Shown piece by piece: positions 37,979-48,445 of a stretch of 64,000 nucleotides of DNA. Numbering within the stretch: the first letter of the stretch is position 1; every line of letters begins with the position of its first letter. Made by a program: the position numbers and the translations under genes. The notes beneath the pieces were generated by a model. The model did not search any database, was not told where the DNA came from, and saw nothing but the letters and a program-made list of their open reading frames with translations. The DNA is from a virus, in the IMG/VR virus record IMGVR_UViG_3300005518_000002, positions 17,860-81,859 of that record. One strand, written 5' to 3'.

Positions 37979-40416
37979 CCACGGAAGAAAAGGATCAGAA
38001 GATGACCAAGGTTGTGTGCCCCGGGTGCCGGAAGGACTTCGTCCCGATCGCCTCGGGGAAGATCAAGGTCCACAGGATCAAGGGTGTGGAGTGCGAAGGG
38101 GTCGGCGAAGACCCGTACACCGGGGAGGAAGGCTCCCCGTCGGGCAGCCAGTGCCGGGTGTGCAAGGGACCGGTCGTGCTGGAGCCCAGCGGCCGCACCA
38201 AGCCCCACCTGACCCGCGAGCAGGTTCCGCAGCCGTGCGACGGAGGCAGCGACTGGCCGCTGGGTGTCTACCCGGACATCGAGGGTTCCACCCGGGGTCC
38301 TGCCCGCAGCGACGTCGCCACCGCGGGGGACGAGAGCTGGCGGCCGGGTTCCGGCTGGCAGCTGGCGGATCATGACCACACCTACGAGTGGGGCGACGAC
38401 AACAACGGCCACAGCGGCAGTTTCTGCACGACCTGCGGCAAGGAGGAGCCGCAGGACCCGCCGGACCGTCCGCTGATCTCCGGCGGATCCATGGGAGACA
38501 TGGAGGACGACCGTTTCCCGAGCGGCGGACACACGATGGTCGGCTCCGGAACGGTGAAGGCCCGTCCCGTCGATGCGGCGAACGACTTTCTCAGCGGCAC
38601 CCGGAAGGCCCTCACTCCCCCCGGCGCGGCCGACGACTTTCTCAGCGGCAGCGCGGAGGATGACGGAGACGACGACGAGAGCAGTGGTCCGGGCTCCTGG
38701 TTCGAGGCCCGGTACGACGGGGATTGCGGCACCTGCGGAACGCACTTCGAGGCGGGAGACCGCATCCGTGCCGACGGGTCGGGCGACTGGGAGGCCGAAG
38801 ACTGCTGCGGGGACGAGATCGAGACCCCCGCGGAGAAGGCCGCGGAGAAGGCCCGGCAGCCGGTCACCGCTGACCCCTCCCTGCCGGTGCGCAATGGCCG
38901 GTACGTCGCCCCGCACCCCAAGACCGGCAAGCAGGCCAAGTTCACCCGCACCACCACCTTCGCCGAAGCCGTCTCCGACTCCATCGCTCTGGACCAGTGG
39001 AAAGGCCGGATGGAGGCCATGGGCCTCGCGCTCAATCCGGACCTGATCGCCAAGGTGCGCAGCGCGGTGCAGGGCCGTGTGCCCTACGAGGTCGCCAAGG
39101 AGCAGCGGGAGTTCCTGAACGGCGTGGTCGAGCAGGCCAAGCTTGCTGCCGGATCCAAGGACCGGGCGCGCAAGGGCACGATCCTCCACAAGCACACGCA
39201 GGAGATCGACTCGGGCCGCCGGACGCTGGCCGAGGTGCCCGAGGAGTTCCGGCCGGACGTCGCCGCCTACCTGACAGCGATGGAGGGAGCGGGTCTGCGC
39301 CTGCTGCCGCAGCTGATCGAGCGTTCCGTCGTGACCACGGAGCTGGACGTCGTCGGTACGTTCGACCGGATCGTCGAAGTCCTGTGGGACCAGGAGGCAC
39401 AGGATCTGAGCGGACGGCCGGTCCGGCTGCGCAAGGGTGACCACGTCATCGGGGATGTGAAGTCCGGCGCCAGCCTGCTGTTCGCCTGGCCGGAGATCGA
39501 GATCCAGCTGGCCATCTACGCGCACGCGGTCAACGAGAACGGCGTGGCCGTCCCCGACGGACCCCGGGGCCAGACCACCTGGCGCTGGGCTCCGCTGGCC
39601 GAGTTCGGGGTGCCCGCAGTGCGTCAGGACGTCGGCATCGTCATGCACATGCCGTACGGCGAGAAGACGTGCGAGCTGCACCTGGCCGATCTGGTCGAGG
39701 GCTGGCGCGGAGCGCAGCTGTGCAAGGTCGTCCGCGAATGGCGCAGGATCAAGTTCCCCGACGCGCCGTTCTTCCGCCATGTCGAGCTGGTCAAGGAGGC
39801 GCCCCGGGAGGACCGCCCCACCGGCTTCGACGTGACGCCGACCGGCGAGAGCTGGGAGGAGCGGTTCCGCGCCGTGCAGACCAAGGAGGAGGGCAGTGCG
39901 CTGTGGCGCGAGGCGAAGGCGGCCGGAATGCCCCCGGACGAGCTGAAGCGGCTGACCGGCCTGGTCCGTCTCCCGGCCGTCGTTCACGCAGCGGCAGGGG
40001 ACCACGCAGACTCCGAGCCGCTGCCTTCCCCGGAGCTCTCCGAAGCGCTGCATCACAAGCGTGAGGCTGACAGTGCTCTGGACCAGCAGGAGCGGTACGG
40101 GGGGTCCGGGGGAACCTCCCGGGCCGAGGACCCGTGGCCCACGTGGGAAAGCCGGTTCCGCGCCGTGCAGACCAAGGAGGAGGGCAGCGCGCTGTGGCGC
40201 GAGGCGAAGGCGGCGGGTGTCGTGCCTGTCGAGCTCAAGCGGCTGACCGGCCTGGTGAAACTGTCCCCTCCCACCCTGGAGGAACGCGCCGCCGCAGTGA
40301 CCACCCGGGCCGAAGCGTCCGCCCTGTTCCAGGAGATGCGAGACAACGTGGAGACGATCGGTAAGCCCCGTATCGCGGGGCTGGTAAAGATCATGCAGGA
40401 GGCTCTACCGGCCTAG
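37975..40416 (+). CDS. PD-(D/E)XK exonuclease (RecE/Cas4-like) with N-terminal Zn-finger segments and repeated C-terminal helical unit
   Basis: TRTTT, KGTILHKHT, GTFDRI, IGDVKSG, IQLAIYAHA; multiple CxxC. Confidence 0.75.
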   Translation: MTTEEKDQKMTKVVCPGCRKDFVPIASGKIKVHRIKGVECEGVGEDPYTGEEGSPSGSQCRVCKGPVVLEPSGRTKPHLTREQVPQPCDGGSDWPLGVYPDIEGSTRGPARSDVATAGDESWRPGSGWQLADHDHTYEWGDDNNGHSGSFCTTCGKEEPQDPPDRPLISGGSMGDMEDDRFPSGGHTMVGSGTVKARPVDAANDFLSGTRKALTPPGAADDFLSGSAEDDGDDDESSGPGSWFEARYDGDCGTCGTHFEAGDRIRADGSGDWEAEDCCGDEIETPAEKAAEKARQPVTADPSLPVRNGRYVAPHPKTGKQAKFTRTTTFAEAVSDSIALDQWKGRMEAMGLALNPDLIAKVRSAVQGRVPYEVAKEQREFLNGVVEQAKLAAGSKDRARKGTILHKHTQEIDSGRRTLAEVPEEFRPDVAAYLTAMEGAGLRLLPQLIERSVVTTELDVVGTFDRIVEVLWDQEAQDLSGRPVRLRKGDHVIGDVKSGASLLFAWPEIEIQLAIYAHAVNENGVAVPDGPRGQTTWRWAPLAEFGVPAVRQDVGIVMHMPYGEKTCELHLADLVEGWRGAQLCKVVREWRRIKFPDAPFFRHVELVKEAPREDRPTGFDVTPTGESWEERFRAVQTKEEGSALWREAKAAGMPPDELKRLTGLVRLPAVVHAAAGDHADSEPLPSPELSEALHHKREADSALDQQERYGGSGGTSRAEDPWPTWESRFRAVQTKEEGSALWREAKAAGVVPVELKRLTGLVKLSPPTLEERAAAVTTRAEASALFQEMRDNVETIGKPRIAGLVKIMQEALPA

Positions 40417-40519
40417 GCGATTTAGCAAAATCCCCGTATCATGGGTGGGGTAGCAGTACCCCACCCACTCACAGGTTCAAGCACTCACAGGTTCACAGGC
40501 TCACAGAAGAGGCAGGAAC

Positions 40520-41116
40520 ATGACCACTCAGGCAGACCCGTTCAGCACCCAGAAGCGCGAGGCCGACGAATTCCTCTCCGGTGGCGGCTCCACCATGATC
40601 GCGGCCAAGTGGCCCACCGTCGGTGCCGTCGTGGAGGGGACCATCACCGCGTGGGAGGGTCCCGTCCAGAAGACCGACATGGAGTCCGGGGAGCTCCTGT
40701 ACTTCGAGGCCAAGAAGATGGTCAAGGAGTCCGACCTGAGGGGCAACCCGGCCACCGCACGCAAGGCCATGGAGCTCCGCGTCGATCTCCAGTGCGAGGC
40801 GACCGGCATCACCTGGAAGACCAACCAGTACATCGAGGAAGAGGTTCCGGACGACGACGGCATGCGCCGCATGTACATCAGCGGAGCTCTCCAGAAGGCG
40901 TTCGCCGCAGCCAAGGAGGCCGCGGGCACCGACGGTGTTCCCGCGCCGCTGGAGACCGGAGCGTACGTGAAGATCACCCGGACCAAGTCGAAGAAGATGC
41001 CCAACGGGTTCTTCGCCTACACCTTCGAGGGTGAGTGGACCCCCGCCAAGCAGAACGCCAAGGCGGCGGACGGCTTCCTGAGTGACGACGCGGAAGAGAA
41101 CCCGTTCGCCGAGTAG
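40520..41116 (+). CDS. Single-stranded DNA-binding protein
   Basis: OB-like beta pattern, acidic tail DDAEENPFAE, follows exonuclease. Confidence 0.6.
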   Translation: MTTQADPFSTQKREADEFLSGGGSTMIAAKWPTVGAVVEGTITAWEGPVQKTDMESGELLYFEAKKMVKESDLRGNPATARKAMELRVDLQCEATGITWKTNQYIEEEVPDDDGMRRMYISGALQKAFAAAKEAAGTDGVPAPLETGAYVKITRTKSKKMPNGFFAYTFEGEWTPAKQNAKAADGFLSDDAEENPFAE

Positions 41117-41127
41117 TCCCCCATGCA

Positions 41128-41161
41128 GAAGGCCCCCGGGAATCTCTCCCGGGGGCCTTCT
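41128..41161. terminator. Bidirectional terminator
   Basis: AGAAGGCCCCCGGGA-ATCTC-TCCCGGGGGCCTTCT between convergent genes. Confidence 0.85.
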
Positions 41162-41181
41162 GTTGTGCGAGGTCTCGTGTA

Positions 41182-41325
41182 CTACTCGCTGGTCCTGCCC
41201 TCTTCGCCGCAGTGGCACTCATCGGTCGACTGAGCATCTGGGTGGTGCGCGGCCATGTGCTCCAGCATTTCCCCGAATCCCTCGGGGATACCGGCCTTCG
41301 TCAGCAACTTTTCCCAGATATCCAT
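41182..41325 (-). CDS. Small hypothetical protein
   Basis: 47 aa, GAAGGAGG RBS. Confidence 0.5.
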   Translation of the reverse strand: MDIWEKLLTKAGIPEGFGEMLEHMAAHHPDAQSTDECHCGEEGRTSE

Positions 41326-41357
41326 TACGTACCCTCCTTCAACAGCTGTGTGGAGCC

Positions 41358-41900
41358 TCAGGCAGCGTTCTGAGGACTCCGGGGCCGCAGTCCGGCACGG
41401 GTGGCCGGGGTCCAGTCCACCCGCTCCAGACGGGCCCGCTGAGCGGCAGGAAGAGGGAACGCAGGCTCCCCCGCCCAGTCCAGTCCGAGCCAGCGCAGCC
41501 AGGCCGCGTCGCACTCGTTGTCATCCGTGAACTCGACGCCGGAGCGCTTGTACGCAGCCATGATCATCGCTGCCTTGTCCCCTGTCCTGCCCAGCGCGTA
41601 CGCCTTGAGCGTGCTCGGGTTGACCTCCACATAGGGGAATCCCCGGCTCAGCAGCTCGACCCGCACGGCTCCGTGGACCATCGGGATCTGCCGGGCGGAG
41701 GCCCCCTTGAGACCGGCGCGGATGTCCTCCAGGATCACCAGGTCCGGCCAGGCGTCGAGCAGCGCGACCGCCAGATGATCGCGGATGTGCAGCAGACGGC
41801 CGTCTCCCCCGCCGTCCTTCGTCCTGATCAGTCCGGTGGAGCCGTCCGGATAGGCGAGCCCGGTGCGGGTGAGCGCAGCGTCTATTCCCATGATCTTCAT
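41358..41900 (-). CDS. ruvC: RuvC-like Holliday junction resolvase
   Basis: IMGID...TGLA, LVILED, VNPSTLKAYALG, DDNECDA. Confidence 0.85.
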   Translation of the reverse strand: MKIMGIDAALTRTGLAYPDGSTGLIRTKDGGGDGRLLHIRDHLAVALLDAWPDLVILEDIRAGLKGASARQIPMVHGAVRVELLSRGFPYVEVNPSTLKAYALGRTGDKAAMIMAAYKRSGVEFTDDNECDAAWLRWLGLDWAGEPAFPLPAAQRARLERVDWTPATRAGLRPRSPQNAA

Positions 41901-41996
41901 GTCGTTCCTCCGTGGTCTGTTTGATTAAATCAACCGTACCACCTAGGATGGAACAGGAGTGCATCGTGAACACCGACCAGATGATCAAGGAGTGGT

Positions 41997-42697
41997 ATGG
42001 CTCTCGACCCGGCGGCGAAACCCGCCTATGACGCTCTTGTGGAAGAACACAACGCTCTGCTGAAGGAAGTGGGACGCAGTCCCCTGACCCGCGCACAGCT
42101 GGCGGGGGTGCGCACCCAGCTCTCGTACGCCGCCCGCGGTTTCCGCATCACCTCTCTCATGGTTCCCCGCGAGGGAGAGAAGGGCGAGAACTTCTGGAGG
42201 GGCCTCGCGAGCATCCGTAAGAACCTGGCGGCCGCCCGCGCCGGACTGGAGGAGCGATGAGCTTCACCACAGGACAGCTCGGCATGAAGGCATACGAGAT
42301 CTACGTGGCCGAGGAGATCTCCCAGGAAGCGGCCTGTGCCCGGGTGGGCACAGGCCGCAACAACCTGCGCCGGGTACTGGAGATCATCCGGAACGACCCG
42401 AGCGAGGAACTGCTGCTCCAGCTGAAAGCCGGAGAGATCTCCCTGATGCAGGCACTGGCGGACAGCCGGAAGAACATGGACATCCCGGACCGGCTCAGTG
42501 TTCAGCAGATCCGCACCGCCATGGAGCGCTTCGTCGGATTCGACAGTGTGCGTGCCGAGTTCACCGACGCGCTGCTGCTCCGGGTGCCTGCCGATGAACT
42601 CGCGGAGTTCGAGCGCAGGCTGTGCGCCAGCCGCGCTGCCACCTGGAACCTGATCAACGCAATCCGGAAGACCAACGAACAGAGGATCACAGAATGA
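41997..42697 (+). CDS. Two hypothetical genes (41997-42260; 42257-42697, HTH-like)
   Basis: RBS, ATGA coupling; ISQEAACARVGTGRNNLRR. Confidence 0.6.
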
Positions 42698-43506
42698 GCG
42701 AGATCATGAAGGACGGCGAACTCCGGTTCGTCATCGAGCACCTGAGCGCCAACCTGCTCGAAGTCGACCCCGCCGTCCAGCGGGACATCAGCCAGGCCCG
42801 GGTGAAGAAGATCGCCAACAACTTCGCCGAGCACAGTCTCGGAGTCCTGGTCGTCTCCCGCCGGGGAGGCGTCACCTCGGAGCCCCGCTACGTCGTCCTG
42901 GACGGCCAGACCCGCCTGGAGGTGATCCGCCAGGTCGCCGGAACGGCGGAGACCACCATGCCCGTGCTGTGCCAGGTGTACCTCAACCTGAGCCGCAGGG
43001 AGGAGGCGGAGATCTTCCTCACGCACAACGACCGGGCCGCCGTGCGCAAGCTGGACGGCTTCCGGATCTCCCTGGTGGCGCAGGAGCAGTGGGCCGTGGA
43101 GATCAACGCCGTGGCCGACCGCTACGGCTACCACGTGAACAAGGACAAGGATCCCGGCCACCGGTTCCTGGCCGTGGGTGTCGCGGAGCGGCTGTACCGC
43201 GGGGAGCGGGGCCTGGACGTTCTCGACCGGACGTTCGACACGATCAACCGGGCCTGGAACCACACCCCCAACGCCGCTTCCGCGGAAGCGGTCATCGGAC
43301 TGGGGCTGCTCTACCAGCGCCACCCCGGGGACATCGACTTCAAGGGACTGGCGAGCAGGCTGGCCAAGGCAGGCAGCCCGCAGCAGTTCATGGGGGTCGT
43401 GGCTCAGCACCGGCACGCCCTGGGCATCACCATGCCCGAGGCTGCCTACCGGTACGCGGTCCAGCTGCACGACAAGGGCCGCAAGTCCCGCCGTCTGAGC
43501 GGCTGA
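42694..43506 (+). CDS. ParB/Srx-fold (DUF6551-like) protein
   Basis: VDPAVQRDIS..RVKKI, VVSRR, YVVLDGQTRL, EEAEIFL..N. Confidence 0.75.
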   Translation: MSEIMKDGELRFVIEHLSANLLEVDPAVQRDISQARVKKIANNFAEHSLGVLVVSRRGGVTSEPRYVVLDGQTRLEVIRQVAGTAETTMPVLCQVYLNLSRREEAEIFLTHNDRAAVRKLDGFRISLVAQEQWAVEINAVADRYGYHVNKDKDPGHRFLAVGVAERLYRGERGLDVLDRTFDTINRAWNHTPNAASAEAVIGLGLLYQRHPGDIDFKGLASRLAKAGSPQQFMGVVAQHRHALGITMPEAAYRYAVQLHDKGRKSRRLSG

Positions 43507-43583
43507 CGGACACGGGCGGGGGCCGTCGGGGCTCCCGCCCTGCCGTACGATCTAGCTCAACGACCACGGACTGAGGAGAACCA

Positions 43584-45218
43584 GTGAATACGAACACGCA
43601 GCTCCCCGGGGAGGACGATGCCGGGACCGAAGGTGTCTGGACCTTCACGGACCAGTACAACGAGACGTTCACCGTCACCGGGACGTTCCTGGGCGTGGGG
43701 TCCTCGCACCGGCCGCGCCACAAGGGTCATGAAGCGGGTACGTTCATCCCCCGCCGGGAGCACTGCTCCACGTGCCGCTGGACGGAGATCCGCATCTTCG
43801 TGGAGGCCGGGGAGCGCACCCGGTACGCCGTCGTCAACCGTGGCGTGTCCATCGTTCCCGGTGAACGGGAGCTGGTCACCTGCGAGAGGTTCACCACCGG
43901 ATTCTCCGTGGTGGAGGGTGTCACCACCCGCAAGACCCAGAGGGACGGCAGCCAGGTCGTTGCCCTGACCCTCCCGGCCGCCCGTGCGCTGGCGCAGGCG
44001 GCCGCCCATGACGAGAGCATCCGGGACGCGTACGTCAACCGGGCCACCGTCTGAGCACATCCGCACAACGACCAGGAGACCGACATGAACAGACCCTCCG
44101 TAACCACCTTCGCCGAAACCGCCGTCGTCTATGCCGTGATCGAAGGCCGTACGGACGAAGCCCGACGACTCCTCGGCAACATGCTGGACGACGAGCTGCG
44201 GGACTACCACCGCCAGGTCAGCACAGTTCTCGACCTGGTCAACGACGAAGGCAACGGACGTCGCCTGGAGGGCGGGTTCTGATGACCGACTTCCCCTGGA
44301 CGGATCCTCCCTGTACCTGCGAGGAGTGCCGTCCGGGGCCCGGCATCGACTACGCCAGCACGCACCTGAGCCGGATGCTGAACAGGCTGGACGAGGAGCG
44401 TGCCCAGCGGGCTGTGGAAATCACAGCATGGATCGACGGATGTCACGGCAACCCCGTGATCAAGAAGGAGCCCTCATGATGAAGCTCATCGGTTGCCTGG
44501 TGTTTCTCACCGCGCTAGCGCTGATCTTCCTGATAGCCACGAACAAGATCTGACCGTGGGCAGGCACCGCGCCGGGCCACCGGTCACACCACGCGCCGCG
44601 GAGGCTGTACCTCACCCTCCGCGGCGCGTACTGCGTCAGGAGTACGAGCGGCTGTACCGCTTCTACAAAGACCTCCAGCGGGAGCACAGTGCCCTTCTGG
44701 ACAGGCTGGAGCAGGACACCGAGGAGGTTCCCCTCCCCCTTCCGGCCGACTGAGAAATCGACCAAGGAGAACAGATCATGACCATCCGCTTCATCGCTGT
44801 GGCCGGGTACATCAACAAGGTCACAACGGACGGCCGCATCCTGGAACACACCCCGGATGTTCCCCTCGCTCCCGAGGACATGCTTTCACTGATGATCCAC
44901 GACCATTCCCGGGGTGAGCACGTCGGCCGGATCGACCGGGTGAGCCTGATCGGGGACCAGATCGTCCTGATCGGCATCCTCTTCGAGGACAGCTGGGCCA
45001 GGCCCTCCGTCGATGCGCTCCGCGCCGGTACGGACAGGCTCAATCTCGACGTCGGCTCCCGTAGTTCCAGCTGGGACTCGCGGGACTCCGGGAAGCCCTT
45101 CAAGACGTATGCCGAGGTGATGCGCATCCACGACTGGTGGATCCGGGCCGCACATGTCCACAGCAATCCCTGCTGGCCCCTCCCGGCGGCAGACGTCTGG
45201 GCGGACCCCGGATGCTGA
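43584..45218 (+). CDS. Run of hypothetical genes (43584-44054, 44085-44282, 44282-44479, 44476-44553, ~44556-44753, 44778-45218)
   Basis: RBS-led or coupled ORFs with GC3 bias. Confidence 0.6.
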
Positions 45219-45288
45219 CTGCCCCTCCCGCCACAGGGGGTTCTGCTGTTAAGGTAAATTGACCCGATTTACTGAAAGGGGTACCACC

Positions 45289-45540
45289 ATGACCACCACC
45301 AAGCGACCCAGGGGACGACCCCGTCCCATCGAGACGATCGAGCGGGACGAGAAGATCCTCAAGCTGCTCCAGCAGAGCGGATCGTTCACCCGCAATCAGA
45401 TCGCCGAAGCCCTGGGCCTGGACACCACCATCACCTACCTCTCCCTGGACCGGCTGCGCCGCCAGGGACGCGTCCGCAAGTGCGCGGGCACCGGCTCGAA
45501 CACCCTGTGGACGAGCGAGGCGAATGCCCCGTGCCCCTGA
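45289..45540 (+). CDS. Winged-HTH regulator with AT-hook-like RPRGRPR
   Basis: ILKLLQQSGSFTRNQIAEALGL...SLDRLRRQGRV. Confidence 0.7.
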   Translation: MTTTKRPRGRPRPIETIERDEKILKLLQQSGSFTRNQIAEALGLDTTITYLSLDRLRRQGRVRKCAGTGSNTLWTSEANAPCP

Positions 45541-45742
45541 TCACCGGACCTGCGGACGAGCAGGAAGAGGCGCTGGGACCGCGGGAGATCTGCGAGCTGG
45601 GAGAGATCTGCGTAAAGATGGCCCGGCAGCTGCGAGAAACGAGCGAGGCAGCGGCAGCCATCTTCAGATCGCTCCCCGCCGCGGGAGCCCTGCTGACGTC
45701 CCCGGACGCCATGCGCTGGACCCCCGGGGAAGGAGTTGCGCT

Positions 45743-46372
45743 GTGAGCGGTGACCGGCTCACCGTGGCTGTGTGCATCCCGACCATCGACGGCCGGGAGC
45801 GCATGCTGGCCAACGCCATGCGCACGGTAAGGATCCAGCGCCGCAAGCCCGACCAGATCCTGATCGAGCGGGACCGGGAAAGGACGGGCGCAGCAGCCAC
45901 ACGCAACCGGCTGCTGGCCCGGGTGGAGACCGACGTGATCGCCTGGCTCGACGATGATGACCTTCTGGAGCCGAACCACCTGATCGCCAACCTCCGGGTG
46001 CTCAAGGAGCGGCCGGAGGTCACACTCGTCTACCCCCGGCCGCGCATGGTCGGCGGGAAGGACCCCACGGCAGTGACTTACCAGGGACGGTTCCCGACCC
46101 CTCCCTGGGGCCTGCGCTGGTGCCCGGAGTTCGACAAGCACCTGAGGATGCGCGGCTCCTTCATCCCCATGACGCACCTCGTGCGCACGCAGGCGGTGCG
46201 CGACGCCGGAGGATTCCCGCCCGGTGAAGTCCTGCCGGACGGCCGGTACCGGGGTGAGGACGAGGCGTACCTGATCAGGCTTCTCGATCACGGCGCGGTG
46301 TTCGAGCACCTGGACGCGAAGACCTGGAAGTGGGTCGTGCACACCCGGCAAACCGCCGGACGGGGTGTATAA
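45743..46372 (+). CDS. GT2 glycosyltransferase
   Basis: VAVCIPT, GAAATRNR, WLDDDD, GEDEAY. Confidence 0.85.
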   Translation: MSGDRLTVAVCIPTIDGRERMLANAMRTVRIQRRKPDQILIERDRERTGAAATRNRLLARVETDVIAWLDDDDLLEPNHLIANLRVLKERPEVTLVYPRPRMVGGKDPTAVTYQGRFPTPPWGLRWCPEFDKHLRMRGSFIPMTHLVRTQAVRDAGGFPPGEVLPDGRYRGEDEAYLIRLLDHGAVFEHLDAKTWKWVVHTRQTAGRGV

Positions 46373-46625
46373 CTACCCGCGGATCAGGAGGAATCGGGCA
46401 ATGACCGTTTTGACCGATTCGTTAAACCACTCCCTGACCAGCGAAAACTCCTAGGAGAAGAGGGGCTGGGCCTCGTTGAGGGGTGGTTCTGGAAGGTCCG
46501 GAGAAGGGAACCTCCGGACTTTCCTACTCTACGGACCGGTAACCAGAGCGGATCAGTCCGTTCGGTTACGGATTAATTAAACAGGCATCCGTATAACGAT
46601 ACCTGCCGGACGAGGGAGAACGATC

Positions 46626-47027
46626 ATGGGAAACAACGGACGGACGTACCGGGGTGTGCCGGTTCCGAGCCGTCTGCGCGAGATCGAAGAGAAGGGCGAC
46701 CAGGATCATGATTTTTCCTACATGGGGTGGAAAGATGGCGTAGATGCAGCTTGGGCGGCGGGCATCCGCAATGAACCCGACCCTGGGCAAGGAGAACCGA
46801 CCATGACAGACCTACTCGAAGACAGCACCGATCCGCCCGAGAAGCGGGACAGTGAGGTACCGGCCGGGGCGGAAGTCGAAGCACTGTGCGCGGTGTTCAA
46901 CGAGAACGGGACCAGGGCCCGGGAGATCGTCAGGAGCATGCCCCGGCGGGACCGGGCGATCTTCACCTTCTGGCTGCTGGAGCTCACCAACATCATCGAC
47001 GAGATCCAGCTGGGTGACCGCTTGTAG
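46626..47027 (+). CDS. Hypothetical protein
   Basis: 133 aa, GAGGGAG RBS. Confidence 0.55.
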   Translation: MGNNGRTYRGVPVPSRLREIEEKGDQDHDFSYMGWKDGVDAAWAAGIRNEPDPGQGEPTMTDLLEDSTDPPEKRDSEVPAGAEVEALCAVFNENGTRAREIVRSMPRRDRAIFTFWLLELTNIIDEIQLGDRL

Positions 47028-47290
47028 GACAGGACACCCGGACAAGACAGGACAGGACACCAGGACACGGTGTCCTGTCCTGTCTTTGTCTTGTCTGCCC
47101 CCCTTGTCCAATGCGCCCCCGGGTGCGCCCGTACACCTGTCCGTGCGCCGTCCCGGGACAGGACATCCCGGCAGGACGCTCCTGGACAGGACACGGTGTG
47201 CCAGTCCACCTGGACAAATATGCCGCTGGACATGTCCAGTCAACGTCCTGGACAACCCCGGGTAATACAGCACTGGACAAGCGCGCTGGC
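47027..47290. repeat. GGACA/TGTCC repeat array with 18-bp perfect inverted repeat; candidate clt
   Basis: Dense GGACA copies; AAGACAGGACAGGACACC (47044-47061) / GGTGTCCTGTCCTGTCTT (47069-47086). Confidence 0.75.
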
Positions 47291-47344
47291 TGCCCCGTAC
47301 ATTGACTGGACCGATTAAAGAAAATCGACCAGGGAGGACAGGCC

Positions 47345-48445
47345 ATGCGAACCAGGACAGAGCGCAGGACACGGATGGTGTCCAGGACGGTGGGGGACAA
47401 GACACACCCCGTCTCCCAGGAGTACGAGGTCCAGGTCCCGGTTGTCCCGACAGACTGGGACGCCGTCGCGCTGTCCACTGTCCGGGCCGCGACCACCCTG
47501 TCCGTCCTGGGCGCCATGGCCTGGAGCACGGTGTCCATCGGGGACCTGCTGTCCATGGTGGCCCCGAGCTGGGTGGCGTACACCGTCGCCGGGGTCTTCG
47601 ACCTGGCCTGGATCGTCTGCATGATCCTTGAATGGCTGGGCCGCTACGACCCCGCCCGCGCACGCATTCCCCGCCGGGCTGGCTGGTCGGCCCTGGGCAT
47701 CAGCATGGTCCTCATCGCAGGTCACGGCTATGCATACGGCGTGCTCAACGGCCACGGACGGAGCTTCCTGGCTGTGGGCATCGGAGGTGCGCTGGTCTCC
47801 GCCATCGCGAAGAGCATGTGGTCGGTGGTCATGAACCACACGGCCGTGAAGCTCTCCGCGGAACACGAGGAATGGCTGGCGGCGGAGCGTGCAGAGACCG
47901 GCACGGAGCTGGCCCTGACGGCTGAGCGCCGCAGGCTCGCCCGGACACGGGACTCCATTGAAGCCGAGCGCCGCGCACTGGGGCAGGACACAACGCCGGA
48001 GCCGGACGTCCAGGACATCCGGCCGGAGCCGGACGGGACACTGTCCGCCTCCCTGGACACGGACAAGGAAAAGGCTGTCCGGGCACTCGCCAAGGCCATG
48101 GACATCCCCGTGGAGCTGTTCGGCCTGGACAGGACAGCCGGACAGGACACGGACAGCCGGACAGGACACGGACAGCCGGACAGGACACGGACAGCCGGAC
48201 AGGACGGCCGGACAGGACGGCCGGACAGGACACGGACAGTCGTCCCCCTGGACAGGACACGCAGTGTCTCGTCCTATGTCCTGTCCCTCCTGTCCGAAGC
48301 GCCGGACATGGACGGGACAGCGGTCAGGACAGCGGTCCGGCTCGAATTCCCGGGCGCTTCGGAAGACAGCATCGCCAAGGCGATCACCCGCACACGTCTG
48401 AAGATCAGGAACACCGAGAAGAGGGATGGAGAGAACCATGGCTGA
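47345..48445 (+). CDS. SpdB-like plasmid spread protein (4 TM + coiled coil + repeat linker + C-terminal HTH-like)
   Basis: AWSTVSIGDLL, AGVFDLAWIVC..LEWL.RYDP.RA..PRRAGW; linker built from GGACA repeats. Confidence 0.7.
   Translation: MRTRTERRTRMVSRTVGDKTHPVSQEYEVQVPVVPTDWDAVALSTVRAATTLSVLGAMAWSTVSIGDLLSMVAPSWVAYTVAGVFDLAWIVCMILEWLGRYDPARARIPRRAGWSALGISMVLIAGHGYAYGVLNGHGRSFLAVGIGGALVSAIAKSMWSVVMNHTAVKLSAEHEEWLAAERAETGTELALTAERRRLARTRDSIEAERRALGQDTTPEPDVQDIRPEPDGTLSASLDTDKEKAVRALAKAMDIPVELFGLDRTAGQDTDSRTGHGQPDRTRTAGQDGRTGRPDRTRTVVPLDRTRSVSSYVLSLLSEAPDMDGTAVRTAVRLEFPGASEDSIAKAITRTRLKIRNTEKRDGENHG

Noticed and set aside
47027-48340. Possible CRISPR array
   Set aside because: Units are 5-9 bp with no unique spacers of constant length and no cas genes
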